DNA of 64,000 nucleotides from a virus (Duplodnaviria; Caudoviricetes), in IMG/VR virus record IMGVR_UViG_3300031555_003626, positions 1 through 64,000 of that record, one strand, 5' to 3'. The notes under the pieces were generated by a model. That model saw only the letters and a list, made by a program, of their open reading frames with translations. It was not told where the DNA came from and did not search any database. The position numbers were made by a program, and so were the translations under genes. Below are positions 49,122 to 60,151 of this stretch, one piece after another; position 1 is the first letter of the stretch; each line of letters begins with the position of its first letter.

Positions 49122-51191
49122 ATGATGTCAAACGAAATAGATTTAAAAATACTTGACAGTTTATCTCCAGAAGAACGAGTACTTGCGCTAGAAATACTGA
49201 AAGAATACTCCCAAGAAGGATTTTCTGAGTTGTTGGAAGAATTAAAGTATTCCGACTTTGAAGAGATTCCCGTAGATATAATGACATTTATTTCTGATGA
49301 ACGATATTTAGGCCGAGGCCTTTATATCAAAGATGAATTCACGGGAGAACGTAAATGCACAGTTTTCCCATACTGGATAGAGAAACTAAAAGAAATTTTT
49401 CCAGACAATATTACAACTCGATATAACACAGTAATTCTTACTGGTTCTATCGGTCTTGGTAAATCTTTTATTGCTGTTGTTTGTCAGTTATATTTACTAT
49501 ATCGCATGTTGTGTTTAAAAGACCCATACACCTATTATGGCTTACAGCCTATCGATAAAATTACATTCTCTATGTTAAACGTAACATTGGAAGCTGCCCA
49601 AGGTGTTGGTTGGGACAAGATGCAGCAGTTGCTACAGAGCTCTGACTGGTTCATGGAACGTGGAAATATGAATGCCAGCAGAACAAACCCACAATGGCAA
49701 CCTCCAAAAGGTATTGAGCTTGTATTTGGTTCTAGTAATAGACACGTAGTTGGTCGTGCACTATTTTCTAACTTCTCAGATGAAGTTAACTTTGGTGTCG
49801 GTAATAACGTAGAGAAACAAAAAGCAAAGCTTAAGAAAATGATTTCTCAGATCGATGCCCGTATGATTTCTCGTTTTGGTAAAGGCACATATCTTCCAAC
49901 TATGAATATAATAGCTTCCTCAAAAGATTCTGAACAAGCATTTATGGAATCTTATATTGAGATGAAGCGTCAAAACGAAAGTAAAACTACTCTCATTGTT
50001 GATGAGCCTCAGTGGGTTGTTAGGAATGATAAAGGTTCACCTGATGACCCTGGAAGCTTTTATGTTGCCGTCGGAAATAAGTTCCTAGCGCACGAACTAC
50101 TTCCAGTCGGAGCGACCGAAGAAGAAGTAAATGCTTATAGAGAAAAAGGTTACTTCATGTTAAAAGTTCCTCCAATTTATCGAGAAGCTTTTGAAGATAA
50201 CATAGACCTGGCTCTAACGGATAATGCGGGCATTTCTACTTCTAACTCTACTAAATATATCTCAGGTATTAGACTTAATCAAATAAAAACAGATGAATAC
50301 AAAAATCCATTCATTAAAGATATTATTGAAGTCGGTAATGCACCAGACGATATAGTACAATATTCTAATTTCTTTGATATATCTCAAATTAACCCGAGAG
50401 ATCTAGCTCGCCCTTTGTTTATTCATCTAGATATGTCGCTCTCAGGAGACAAAACTGGTATTGCAGGTACTTGGATTACAGGTAAGCGTCCAGGCGTTGT
50501 AGGCGAAGAAAACACAGGAAGAGAATTAGACTTTAAGGCGGCATTTTCCGTATCAGTAAAAGCACCAAAAGGCTATCAAGTAAGTTTTGAAAAAACCAGA
50601 AATTTCATAAGATGGCTTCGTGATAGAGGCTTTGCTATAAAATGCGTAAGCATGGATACTTATCAGTCGGCTAATATGGCACAATCACTCACTGCTGATG
50701 GATTTAAAACACAGATCCTCTCGGTAGACCGAGTTGACACTATTGGCACTGAAAACGGACGACCTGCTAGAGTGTGTAAGCCATATGCTTTCTTTAAAAC
50801 AGCTATCTACGAGCGACATTTAACACTATATCGCAGATGTGACCTACTGACAGAAGAAATAACTAATCTAGAAAGATTATCTGATGGGCATGTGGACCAC
50901 CCGAAAAGTGGAAGTAAAGACCAAGCAGACGCATTATGTGGTTCACTTTATACCGCAAGTCAGTTTGCAGAAGAATATTCTTATGATTATGGCGAGAATT
51001 TAGGGACTGCCTTAGATGTTAATGCTGAGGCGTCAGATGAATATAGAAAGCATCAAATAATAGCAGAATTTCAAGAAGAGCTTACTAAAATTTATTGGGA
51101 TACGCAAGTAGCCGACGAAGCTATAAATTATCAGAAAAAACAAGAATATGAATCATACCAAGAAATTATGAACGGTATAATAATTTTATGA
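49122..51191 (+). CDS. Terminase large subunit
   Basis: GSIGLGKS, FSDE, ASS, HLDMSLSGD, DHP...KDQADA. Confidence 0.88.
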   Translation: MMSNEIDLKILDSLSPEERVLALEILKEYSQEGFSELLEELKYSDFEEIPVDIMTFISDERYLGRGLYIKDEFTGERKCTVFPYWIEKLKEIFPDNITTRYNTVILTGSIGLGKSFIAVVCQLYLLYRMLCLKDPYTYYGLQPIDKITFSMLNVTLEAAQGVGWDKMQQLLQSSDWFMERGNMNASRTNPQWQPPKGIELVFGSSNRHVVGRALFSNFSDEVNFGVGNNVEKQKAKLKKMISQIDARMISRFGKGTYLPTMNIIASSKDSEQAFMESYIEMKRQNESKTTLIVDEPQWVVRNDKGSPDDPGSFYVAVGNKFLAHELLPVGATEEEVNAYREKGYFMLKVPPIYREAFEDNIDLALTDNAGISTSNSTKYISGIRLNQIKTDEYKNPFIKDIIEVGNAPDDIVQYSNFFDISQINPRDLARPLFIHLDMSLSGDKTGIAGTWITGKRPGVVGEENTGRELDFKAAFSVSVKAPKGYQVSFEKTRNFIRWLRDRGFAIKCVSMDTYQSANMAQSLTADGFKTQILSVDRVDTIGTENGRPARVCKPYAFFKTAIYERHLTLYRRCDLLTEEITNLERLSDGHVDHPKSGSKDQADALCGSLYTASQFAEEYSYDYGENLGTALDVNAEASDEYRKHQIIAEFQEELTKIYWDTQVADEAINYQKKQEYESYQEIMNGIIIL

Positions 51192-51214
51192 TTTTATAAA
51201 GGAGACCATAGATT

Positions 51215-53173
51215 ATGGCAGAAGAAAATAAGTACGTTAAACCCAAGCAGGCCCCTAGTACCTTAATAGGAAGTCAAACACAGCCAATAACGCTTGATAA
51301 TACTACTACTCTTGATATAGATACTAAAAAAATATTAATTGATAATATCATAGAGGCTGGGCTAAGCAGCCAGCTAGATATTGCCAAATTAGAAAATTTT
51401 ACAAGTATATCTAACTCTCGCGACCAAATATATCAACTTATCGACACTATGGCGCAAGATTCAGCCGTTTCAGCAATACTTAAAACCTATGCAGAGAATG
51501 CCTGTGAGCCTGCAGATAATGGCCACGTTATCTGGTGCGAGTCTACTGACCCAAATACAAGTAAATTTATCAATTACATACTTAATGTTATGAATGCCGA
51601 TAAAAATATGTATGGCTGGGCGTACAGTATCTGCAAATATGGTGATATATATTTAAGGCTATTCAGAGAATCAGACTACGCCGATGATTTATTTAAAGCT
51701 GATAATGTAGATATGGTTAATTCTACACGAGGTCGGCTAAACGAAGACTACGCAAGTGAAGAAAAGCTAGATGAGGCGGTTAAACTACGCCTACATGCTA
51801 ATCATGACCCATACAGCTTCTATGTGGAGCAGGTAGATGACCCAGGCACAATGTTCGAACTAGGTAAATTCGGTAAAACTTATGGTTATGTAGAAACACC
51901 TAATGAAGACATAGGCCTTGATGCAACTTCTACTTTATTTGGCGGGCAGTCTATGACTGGCACATATAACTTTAAAATGAAGTCTGCTGACGTTATTGTT
52001 TGGCAAGCAGACGATTTTGTACACGGCTGTCTCGAAGATAACTTCACAAGATATCCCGAAACTGTTGAGTTATTTATAGACCCTGAGGGCACCAAGAGTC
52101 AGATTTATAAAGTTAGAAGAGGTAAATCTCTTTTATACGACAACTATAAAGTTTGGCGAGAAAGGTCACTACTCGAACAGGCAGCGCTTCTAAACAGAAT
52201 TACTCGCTCAAGTATTGTTCGTAAGGTAGGTGTCGAAGTTGGTGACATGCCAAAAGAGCAAGTAAAGCAGACTTTACACAGAGTAAAAGAGATGATGGAG
52301 CAAAAAAGTGCGCTCAATACCGGAACTTCCATGAACGAGTACAATAACCCCGGACCTATTGAAAATAATATCTACTTTGCTACTCATGAAGGTAAAGGCA
52401 ATATTACTGTAGAGGCTGTAGGCGGTGATGTTGATGTAAAAAATCTTGCTGACCTTGACTATTGGAATAATAAGTTTTATTCCGCATATGGTGTGCCCAA
52501 ACAGTATTATGGATGGACAGACGATGCAGCAGGATTTAATGGAGGCTCGTCTCTAGCAATTATATCAAGTGAGTTTGCTAAAGGCGTCAAAAGAGTTCAA
52601 AACGCGCTTATTCAAATGGTTACCGATGCAATTAATCTATTTCTATTAAATAGAGGTCTTAAAAGCTATCTAAATAACTTCACGCTTAAAATGAAGGCGC
52701 CGCTGACACAAGAAGAGATTGACTATAGGTCTGACCTATCTAATAAAATTAACGCTATAAGTAGCATTCAAGGTTTGTTTACTGATATTGAAGATAAGGC
52801 TCGTCGCCTAAGGATTCTTAAGACATTGCTCGGTGGACTCAATTATGGTGATAGCATCTTTACCGAGATTGACGCAGAAATAAAAGCGATAGAAGAAGCT
52901 GAAGCAAAGGCTGCAGAAGAAGCAGCACTCGAAGGAACTGACGTCACCGCTACAGAAACCCCAAGTGAGCCTGCAGATGAAACCAATGATACTGAAGACC
53001 TAGACCTTGGTACACTCGCAGACCTTGAGTCATTTAACACAAACGGTGGCAGTGAGTTCTTAACAGAAGATCAAGAAGTTTTAAACACTGAAGTATCAAC
53101 AATCTTGACAGAAGACGACCTTCCTTCTCCTGTTGAATTAGATGCAGAAAAAGATTTTTCAGAAAATAATTGA
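51215..53173 (+). CDS. Portal protein (T4 gp20-like)
   Basis: KYGD, GKSLL, RITRS...VGDMP, LADLDYW..K.Y.AYGVP, EFAK. Confidence 0.85.
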   Translation: MAEENKYVKPKQAPSTLIGSQTQPITLDNTTTLDIDTKKILIDNIIEAGLSSQLDIAKLENFTSISNSRDQIYQLIDTMAQDSAVSAILKTYAENACEPADNGHVIWCESTDPNTSKFINYILNVMNADKNMYGWAYSICKYGDIYLRLFRESDYADDLFKADNVDMVNSTRGRLNEDYASEEKLDEAVKLRLHANHDPYSFYVEQVDDPGTMFELGKFGKTYGYVETPNEDIGLDATSTLFGGQSMTGTYNFKMKSADVIVWQADDFVHGCLEDNFTRYPETVELFIDPEGTKSQIYKVRRGKSLLYDNYKVWRERSLLEQAALLNRITRSSIVRKVGVEVGDMPKEQVKQTLHRVKEMMEQKSALNTGTSMNEYNNPGPIENNIYFATHEGKGNITVEAVGGDVDVKNLADLDYWNNKFYSAYGVPKQYYGWTDDAAGFNGGSSLAIISSEFAKGVKRVQNALIQMVTDAINLFLLNRGLKSYLNNFTLKMKAPLTQEEIDYRSDLSNKINAISSIQGLFTDIEDKARRLRILKTLLGGLNYGDSIFTEIDAEIKAIEEAEAKAAEEAALEGTDVTATETPSEPADETNDTEDLDLGTLADLESFNTNGGSEFLTEDQEVLNTEVSTILTEDDLPSPVELDAEKDFSENN

Positions 53174-53199
53174 TAGTTAATTTTGAAAGGTAAAACAAA

Positions 53200-53673
53200 A
53201 TGATAAATAAATCAGACTTAATGACAGTTTTGGTCGCACTTGAAGACAGAGGTTTAGATATTAACCCTATAATGAAAAAGCTTATCACTTCAAAAGAAGT
53301 CTCTCACGAAGTATTAAAGTTTATTCTGGATAATAAAGGCATTGAGGTAGCCAATTTCTACGAAATGCTTAGAAAAAAGCACAACGATAAGAAATCGCCC
53401 TTATATCATAATATTGTAAAAGAAGTTTCAGACCCCGAAGAAGTTATTACTACCCTAGCTTGCTTACTAGTACAAATTACTTTATATAGTAAGAAGCTTC
53501 CCACGAACAAAGAAATCTTTCAGCGTGAAGTACGAGCTGAAGAAATTACTAGGGTGCTTAATAGCTACTATGCTACCGGGCTCATGGATCAGTGTCTAGC
53601 GCTTCTTAAGCTAATTAAAACCGATTTACTTGTGCTTGAGCACATCAGCGGTCGTAGAGAAGCTTTAGTATAA
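53200..53673 (+). CDS. Hypothetical protein
   Basis: ORF after portal, followed by a terminator. Confidence 0.7.
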   Translation: MINKSDLMTVLVALEDRGLDINPIMKKLITSKEVSHEVLKFILDNKGIEVANFYEMLRKKHNDKKSPLYHNIVKEVSDPEEVITTLACLLVQITLYSKKLPTNKEIFQREVRAEEITRVLNSYYATGLMDQCLALLKLIKTDLLVLEHISGRREALV

Positions 53674-53845
53674 AATATACTTTAGATTAAACTGTGGTTT
53701 TATTAGACCACGGTTTAATTTTTTTATTTTTATAACTGCAACGCAATAAACTTTAACTGCTAAAAAATAATTAGCTAAATTATTTGATTAGACAACAGTC
53801 TAAAATACAAAATCGATTTATTACAAAACTAAGGAGATAACTATA

Positions 53846-54181
53846 ATGGAACTAAAAAATGGTTATAAGGTAATTTATGACAAGGCTGTTAATGGTGAGC
53901 ACATTTTCTATGCTTCTAAGACTGGCGCTTTTGCAGATGCAGAGGAAATTTTAAGAGCTACCGCTGGCGAGTATAAGCTTATTTATGAGAAGGCTGGCAA
54001 GTTCTACGGAAGTAAGACAGGTATTCCTGCTGAAGGTGACTTCTGCTTTGCAGGTTTTGATAAAGTATTCGTTGAAACTGAAGTTGACGCTGGCAGTGAG
54101 CCTGAGGCTGTAAATGAAGAGCCGGTAGTAGAAGAGCCTGTTGTTGACGACGAAACTCCTGTAGAAGATCCTGCTGAATAA
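53846..54181 (+). CDS. Small late protein with internal duplication
   Basis: Own promoter motif and AAGGAG RBS. Confidence 0.7.
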   Translation: MELKNGYKVIYDKAVNGEHIFYASKTGAFADAEEILRATAGEYKLIYEKAGKFYGSKTGIPAEGDFCFAGFDKVFVETEVDAGSEPEAVNEEPVVEEPVVDDETPVEDPAE

Positions 54182-54261
54182 TTTTTAATAAGTTGATAAA
54201 TTATTAGCTAAATTATTTAGATTAAAAACTTCTATGAAAAGGAGGCTAAGTAAAAATAAAA

Positions 54262-56160
54262 ATGACTAAAAGTAATGAAATACTAGAGGCATTAAAAATG
54301 CAGCCTCTTACAGAAGAAGAAAAGGCTAGTCGTCATATTTTAGGTAGATGGTACGGTCCTATTGCAACCTGTAACGAGAGTACTCGTAACGGTAGACGTT
54401 ATAATAGAGAGCTTTGGGAAAAAGCATTAAATGATGAGCTCTTCCACGAGAAAATTGCTAATAAATGCTTGTTCCTTGAACTTGGCCACCCACAGGATAG
54501 AGAAGAGACGGATATGTCTAAGGTATGTGCCTGTATTCCTGAAATGCCTAAGATTATTGATGGCGACCTTTGTGCTTGCGTTGATATTCTAGATACACCA
54601 AATGGTAGAATTCTGAAAACACTTTGTGATTATGGATTTGTTCCCGGTGTTTCTTCCAGAGGTTCTGGTGATGTAATGCCAAATAACGACGTTGATCCTG
54701 ATACCTTCTATCTAGAGACCTTCGATTGCGTTGCAATTCCAGCAGTAAAAAGAGCTAGAGGCGTAATGTGTGAATCTTTAGATAAAAACGCAGTTAATCT
54801 TAAAAAGGCTCTTACTGAGTCTATAAATAAGGCCAGTGAAGAGGATAAAGCAATTATGAAAGAAACTCTTGAAAACTTAGCTATCGATATTGAAACTTCT
54901 GAGGAAGCTAAGGAAGAACTTGTTGAAAAGAGACTATCTGTGGACGAGATTCCCTGGGACCCTGAAGAAGACCCTAATCTTTTAACTGAAGACGCTGAGG
55001 CCGAGGATGAGGAAGAAACCTCTGATGAGATAGAAGCCGAGTCCGAAGACACCACAGAATCAGAAGTTATCGAAGAGGTTCCTGAAGAAGCTACTGAAGA
55101 ACCAGAAGAGGTTATTGTAGATGTTGATAGTGCTGAAGAAGTTACAGTAAATACTGTTGCTGACGCTATCGAGCAGCTACAAGAGTACGATGATAATACA
55201 GAAGTGCAGTTTGAACCCATTGAAATAGATGGTAAGGAATATAATATCGACAAACTTGAAACTTTTGTAGACGAAGACGCTAATATCTTAGTAGTAGGTG
55301 TTAACTGTGAAGAAGCTGAAATAAGTTCAGATGACACAGATTCAAATATAGAAGCTCAATCTGAAGACGAAGAAATTTCTGTTGAAAATTCTGATGAGCC
55401 CGAAGATACTGATCAGTCAGCCGAAGATGCCGGAGATGAAGAAGTAATCGAAAGCTTAAAAGAAATGATTAGACAGAAAGAAGCTTTGGAAACCGAAATT
55501 AGTGATTTGCGTAAAGCTAAATCAGTTGGCGATGCCAAAGAAAAGGAATTACAAGAAAAACTAAATAGGTACAGAACTGCATTTAGAACAACTAGTGCGG
55601 AAGCCGCGAAAGTTCCTGAGCTGCAATCTAAAGTAAAAGAGCTAACCGAGCAATTAACACAAGCTCAAAACAATGTAAAAGCATTAAATGAAAAAGTTAA
55701 CAAGGCACAACAGCTAAAAGAGAGCATTGAAGGTAATAAGGCTAACGAAAGACGCTTGAATGAAGAAGTGTCTAGACTTACCAAGAGATCTGAAGCTCTT
55801 GAAGCTAAACTTGAAGGTCAAACAAAGCAGTATACTGAAAAGCTTGAAGAAAGAACAAATTTAGCTAAGAAGTATAAAGCTCGCTTTATTGAAACTCTTA
55901 CTAAATACATTGAGTCTAAAGCAAGTATGCTTGGTGTTAAACCTTCTGAAATCACAAGCCGCCTCAATGAAAGCTATACTCTTGCAGATGTTGATGCTGT
56001 TTGTAACAAAATTCTTGATTCTACTAATACGTTTAGTAGACTTCCATTCAGCGGAAGGACTAAGGTCTCTGCTCGTATAACAGAGTCTGTTTCAAATAAG
56101 ACTTCTGAATACGAAGATGACGACCTTTCCAGCCTTTATGAGCTCGCTGGATTGAAGTAA
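54262..56160 (+). CDS. Prohead protease (gp21-like) fused to acidic/coiled-coil scaffold
   Basis: RNGRRY, ELGHP, DTPNG, GVSSRGSG, FDCVA.P; C-terminal coiled coil. Confidence 0.88.
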   Translation: MTKSNEILEALKMQPLTEEEKASRHILGRWYGPIATCNESTRNGRRYNRELWEKALNDELFHEKIANKCLFLELGHPQDREETDMSKVCACIPEMPKIIDGDLCACVDILDTPNGRILKTLCDYGFVPGVSSRGSGDVMPNNDVDPDTFYLETFDCVAIPAVKRARGVMCESLDKNAVNLKKALTESINKASEEDKAIMKETLENLAIDIETSEEAKEELVEKRLSVDEIPWDPEEDPNLLTEDAEAEDEEETSDEIEAESEDTTESEVIEEVPEEATEEPEEVIVDVDSAEEVTVNTVADAIEQLQEYDDNTEVQFEPIEIDGKEYNIDKLETFVDEDANILVVGVNCEEAEISSDDTDSNIEAQSEDEEISVENSDEPEDTDQSAEDAGDEEVIESLKEMIRQKEALETEISDLRKAKSVGDAKEKELQEKLNRYRTAFRTTSAEAAKVPELQSKVKELTEQLTQAQNNVKALNEKVNKAQQLKESIEGNKANERRLNEEVSRLTKRSEALEAKLEGQTKQYTEKLEERTNLAKKYKARFIETLTKYIESKASMLGVKPSEITSRLNESYTLADVDAVCNKILDSTNTFSRLPFSGRTKVSARITESVSNKTSEYEDDDLSSLYELAGLK

Positions 56161-56221
56161 TAAACTATAAGCTCAAAAAAACAAAATTTTAAATAAAAAT
56201 TAAATTAAAAGAGGTAAAATT

Positions 56222-57547
56222 ATGAGACAAAATCTTCTTGAAACATATAGCCGTCAGCTTAAGGTTGCTGAGGCTTATGTAGCTAAAAACTTTGAAGGTA
56301 AGACCATGTCTAGCAACACCGCTCTTACTACTGCTGTTCTTCTTGACAACACTAACCGTTGGCTCACCGAGTCTATGGACATCGGCGCTCTTGGCAACGC
56401 TACTGATCGTTCCAGCCTTGGCGCTTGGAAGAAGTTCTGCCTTAACCTTACTAACATTGCAGTTCCTTCCCTTATTGCTAACGATCTTGTAATCGTTCAT
56501 CCTATGACTTCTTACTCTGGTTCCGTTGCATACCTTAAGTATGTAGCTCTTGATGAGAAGAAGATCGGTGGTAACACTGAACTCAACAGCGTGTTCGGCC
56601 TTGGTCAGATGGACGACATGCGTATGAGCTACACCTCTCAAGTTGTTGTTGAGACTCTTGATGAGACTGCTGCTCTTTCCTTCACAGCTGACGAAATTGT
56701 TACTGATGGCTTCAAGTACTTTGACAAGGCTACTAATACCGCTAAGACTGCTACCTACAAGGTAAACGGTGAGTACGTTGAGGGCGCTTACACTCCTAAG
56801 GCTGGTGACAGAGTTGCTTACAAGGTAGCTGACTACCAGATGGAGAAAGTTCCTGCAACTAAGATTCCTACTATCGGTCCTAAGATGGAGCACATTCCTC
56901 TTGTAGCTGAGCCTCGTAGAATCGCTGTTCGTTATGACCAGATCACTGCTTTCCAGGCTAAGACTGACTACGGCTTCTCTCTTGACAAGCAGATCGCTGA
57001 GCAGGCTTGCGGCGAGCTTGCATACGAAATCGACACCGAGATCGTAGACATGCTTTACACTGCTGCTTTTGCACAGAAAGAAAAGCTTGCTGACTGGTCT
57101 AAGACTCTTCCTGCAGGCGTTTCTAAGTTCGAGCACTACAATGGCTTCCTTGAGGTTGTTGAAATGGCTAAGGCTATCATCTACAATAGAACTAAGAAGT
57201 TCCACCCCAACTACATGGTAATCGCTTCTGACGTTCTTCCTGTTCTTCGTTTCGTTAACGGCTTCACTGCAGTTAAGAACGCTAAGATGAATGGTCCTTA
57301 CAAGGTTGGTGAGCTTGACGGTCTTGCAGTTTATGTATCTCCTATGCTCAAGAGCGGTGAGTTCTTCCTTGGTCTCAACGGTAACGATATGATGTCTTCT
57401 GCTGGTGTTTACGCACCTTACATGGCAATCGTTCCTACTCAGCTTCTTGGTACTCCTGATGGTGGTCTTGCACAAGGCTTCAGCACCTGGTATGCTAAGG
57501 CACTCCTTAACGAGAACCTCCTTGTTGCTGGTCGCATCGTTGACTAA
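56222..57547 (+). CDS. Major capsid protein (gp23-like)
   Basis: VHPMT...G, EIDTEI, GVYAPY; extreme codon bias; position after the protease. Confidence 0.9.
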   Translation: MRQNLLETYSRQLKVAEAYVAKNFEGKTMSSNTALTTAVLLDNTNRWLTESMDIGALGNATDRSSLGAWKKFCLNLTNIAVPSLIANDLVIVHPMTSYSGSVAYLKYVALDEKKIGGNTELNSVFGLGQMDDMRMSYTSQVVVETLDETAALSFTADEIVTDGFKYFDKATNTAKTATYKVNGEYVEGAYTPKAGDRVAYKVADYQMEKVPATKIPTIGPKMEHIPLVAEPRRIAVRYDQITAFQAKTDYGFSLDKQIAEQACGELAYEIDTEIVDMLYTAAFAQKEKLADWSKTLPAGVSKFEHYNGFLEVVEMAKAIIYNRTKKFHPNYMVIASDVLPVLRFVNGFTAVKNAKMNGPYKVGELDGLAVYVSPMLKSGEFFLGLNGNDMMSSAGVYAPYMAIVPTQLLGTPDGGLAQGFSTWYAKALLNENLLVAGRIVD

Positions 57548-57570
57548 TTAATAATCACTTAGGTTTAAAA

Positions 57571-57599
57571 TAAAGGTCCCTTCTGGGACCTTTATTTTT
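57571..57599 (+). terminator. Terminator after the capsid gene
   Basis: AAAGGTCC / GGACCTTT stem followed by a T-rich tract. Confidence 0.75.
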
Positions 57600-57734
57600 C
57601 TTAGTTGTAAATACAATTTTTAAGATAGAAGTAAAAATTTAAAATAATACATTTACAAAGGGATTATTCTATTTTAGGATAGTCTCTTTTTTATTTGCTA
57701 AATTATTTAGTAATAAAGACAAGGAGGAATAACC

Positions 57735-58457
57735 TTGAAATTAGATGAAGTAATTGATGAGGTCCGCCTCGAGCTTACTGGTTACGTGTTAGATATGGAA
57801 ATAGCAGATGAGACTATTGTTTCTGTTATTAAAAAAGCTCTTAGAGAGCTTACTAGATACTGGGATGAGTCAACATTAATTACAGCGCCTTTCGCAAGCT
57901 GTATAAGCCTTGATGGTGAGTTTTTTAAAGAAGAAGTTAGCTCTATCGTTAATATATATCGAACAGAAGGTTTTGGAGATTCGTCCGATGGGCTTTCAGT
58001 TATGAACGATCCAGTTCAAATGGCCCAGTTTGCTATTTTTAGCAACGGAGGCACGATGTACAATCTTCAAGACTACGTTATGAATTACGCTTCTTGGATG
58101 ACCATGTATCAAATAAAAAATACTATATCTACTGATCTTTCTTTTAGAGAAGACAGACACGATAATAAGTTATACATTAGTTGTGGAAACTCCACACCGA
58201 GAATGATTACTATTGAGTACATTCCGAAGCTAAAATCTGTTGAAGATATTAAAAGTGATTACTGGATTGATATCTTAATAAGACTATGTGTCGCCATGAC
58301 AAAAGTTGTTTTAGGAAGAATCCGTACACGCTTTACGCAAAGTAATGCGCTCTGGACTCAAGATGGTGATAAAATTTTGGAAGAGGGTAACACCGAATTA
58401 AAAGAACTTCGTGAAATACTTAGAGTCAATAGTAATTTAATTATTCTTCATGATTAA
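57735..58457 (+). CDS. Neck/head-tail adaptor (gp13-like)
   Basis: LGRIR.RF...DGD.ILEEG..E pattern; position after the capsid gene. Confidence 0.6.
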   Translation: MKLDEVIDEVRLELTGYVLDMEIADETIVSVIKKALRELTRYWDESTLITAPFASCISLDGEFFKEEVSSIVNIYRTEGFGDSSDGLSVMNDPVQMAQFAIFSNGGTMYNLQDYVMNYASWMTMYQIKNTISTDLSFREDRHDNKLYISCGNSTPRMITIEYIPKLKSVEDIKSDYWIDILIRLCVAMTKVVLGRIRTRFTQSNALWTQDGDKILEEGNTELKELREILRVNSNLIILHD

Positions 58458-58486
58458 TGAAATTTAAAAGGAGATTTAACATAAAA

Positions 58487-60085
58487 ATGAAAGAATCTAT
58501 TACAAAGTTTGATCTAGAGTCTGCTTTTAAGGCTCTCGATGAAATCGAAATACCTAAGACGGGCAAAGTTAAAGCGAATAAGCCTGCACTTACAGAGATT
58601 TTCTCACGCAAGTCTAAGTTTGATGCTCTTATGGAAGAGTACTATGACATTAGTAGCAATGAAGGTTTGGAAGATGCTAAAGAAGTTCGTGAAGCTGAAA
58701 TAGCTCAAGCAAAACTTGATCGTATTGAGAAAATCGTTGACCTTGACGCAGAATCTGCTGAAGATCTTCTAACTTCTTATGTTGGTAAGCACATTATTCA
58801 GTGCCCCCAATGTATGACACTCTTCTATAAGAATCCTGAAGATGTCGTAGCTTCTGAAGAAGACCCTACAACTGTAAACGTGAATGAAGTTTGTCAACAT
58901 TGCGGAAACGAGAGCGGTTACAGTCTAATTGGTAAGGTTGGTGAGGCTGCGCCTGAAGTTACTGAAGAACCTGTTGCAGAAGAAGGCGAGCTTGACCTAA
59001 ATCTTGACGCCGAAGAAGGCGCAGAGGAAGAAGTTCCTATGGATGAACTTAACTTTGATGACGAGCTAGAAGAGCTCGACCTTGACCTTGAGGAAGAGCC
59101 TACTGGAGAAGAGGAAGAGAAGAAAGAAGAAGCTTTTGTTTCTCATGTCGGCGACACACTTGTAGAAGAACTTGCTGATGATAAAGAGCTTGACGCAAAG
59201 CTTGATGCACACAGCGAGTACATTGATTATCTTAGAGCTGCAATTGCTCAAGAAGAAGCGGCGCTAGAAAAAGCTGATAATGAGCAAATTAAAACAGCTA
59301 TTCAAAGAAATATTAATGCATTCAAAGTAGACCTTGAAAATGCACTTCCTGAGGCTGTTAAAAATGATGAAGCTACTGTCGAAGAGCCCACTAATGAAGT
59401 TGAAGATATTGAAATTGAAACGGAACCTGAAGACGAGGAAGCAGCGGAAGAGGTAGTTGAGAGCTTAACAGAGGCACTCCACGAAGAGTCCGATAACGAT
59501 ATTTCGGATGCCGAGTTTGAGCAGCTTATGAACTCTTCTGAATTTAAGAAGCCTATTTCTGATGTAGCTGTTAGAGCAATGCTTAGTGCAGAAAAAGATA
59601 ATTCGGAAGAAGCACCTATTAAGGAATCGGTGTCTACTTATTTCTGTATGGATTGCGGTTATGAAGTGGAGCTCGACGATAGCGAATACGATGGCGTGTG
59701 CCCACATTGCAAAGAGCACCACGGGTTCGTCAAATCAGAGGAAGACTTAGATGAAGTTTTTAATGATGTCGAAGAGCTTCAAGAAAGCGCTCTCGAGAAT
59801 CTTATTTCCAGTTCTTTAGTAGAACTTTATGGCAACGTTGCCGGCTTCAGACTCAAGGATTGCACTTATGAAGATAAGAAGCTTATGGTAGAAGGCGTAA
59901 TTCATTTTACTTCTGGTAATACAAGAAAAACCACATATACTTTTAATGAGGCTTTAATTGCGGCAGATAAAGTTACTTTACGTGGTTTAAATGAAAAGCT
60001 TGGCAATGATAAGCAGTTCTTTATTACTGGTTATACTGAAAATAAAACCTTTATTACTGAATCTTTTAAAACCGCTAAAAACTAG
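58487..60085 (+). CDS. Acidic virion-associated protein with two zinc-ribbon-like Cys clusters
   Basis: CPQC...CQHC and CMDC...CPHC; many LxE sites. Confidence 0.65.
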   Translation: MKESITKFDLESAFKALDEIEIPKTGKVKANKPALTEIFSRKSKFDALMEEYYDISSNEGLEDAKEVREAEIAQAKLDRIEKIVDLDAESAEDLLTSYVGKHIIQCPQCMTLFYKNPEDVVASEEDPTTVNVNEVCQHCGNESGYSLIGKVGEAAPEVTEEPVAEEGELDLNLDAEEGAEEEVPMDELNFDDELEELDLDLEEEPTGEEEEKKEEAFVSHVGDTLVEELADDKELDAKLDAHSEYIDYLRAAIAQEEAALEKADNEQIKTAIQRNINAFKVDLENALPEAVKNDEATVEEPTNEVEDIEIETEPEDEEAAEEVVESLTEALHEESDNDISDAEFEQLMNSSEFKKPISDVAVRAMLSAEKDNSEEAPIKESVSTYFCMDCGYEVELDDSEYDGVCPHCKEHHGFVKSEEDLDEVFNDVEELQESALENLISSSLVELYGNVAGFRLKDCTYEDKKLMVEGVIHFTSGNTRKTTYTFNEALIAADKVTLRGLNEKLGNDKQFFITGYTENKTFITESFKTAKN

Positions 60086-60151
60086 TTTAACTTAAAACTT
60101 AAGGAGAGTTTAGGCTCTCCTTAAGGTACTTTTTAGAAAGGAGCTCTAGGA

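Noticed and set aside
56189-57475. 428-aa minus-strand ORF
   Set aside because: Antisense shadow of the capsid gene. The other minus-strand ORFs in the track were rejected for the same reason.
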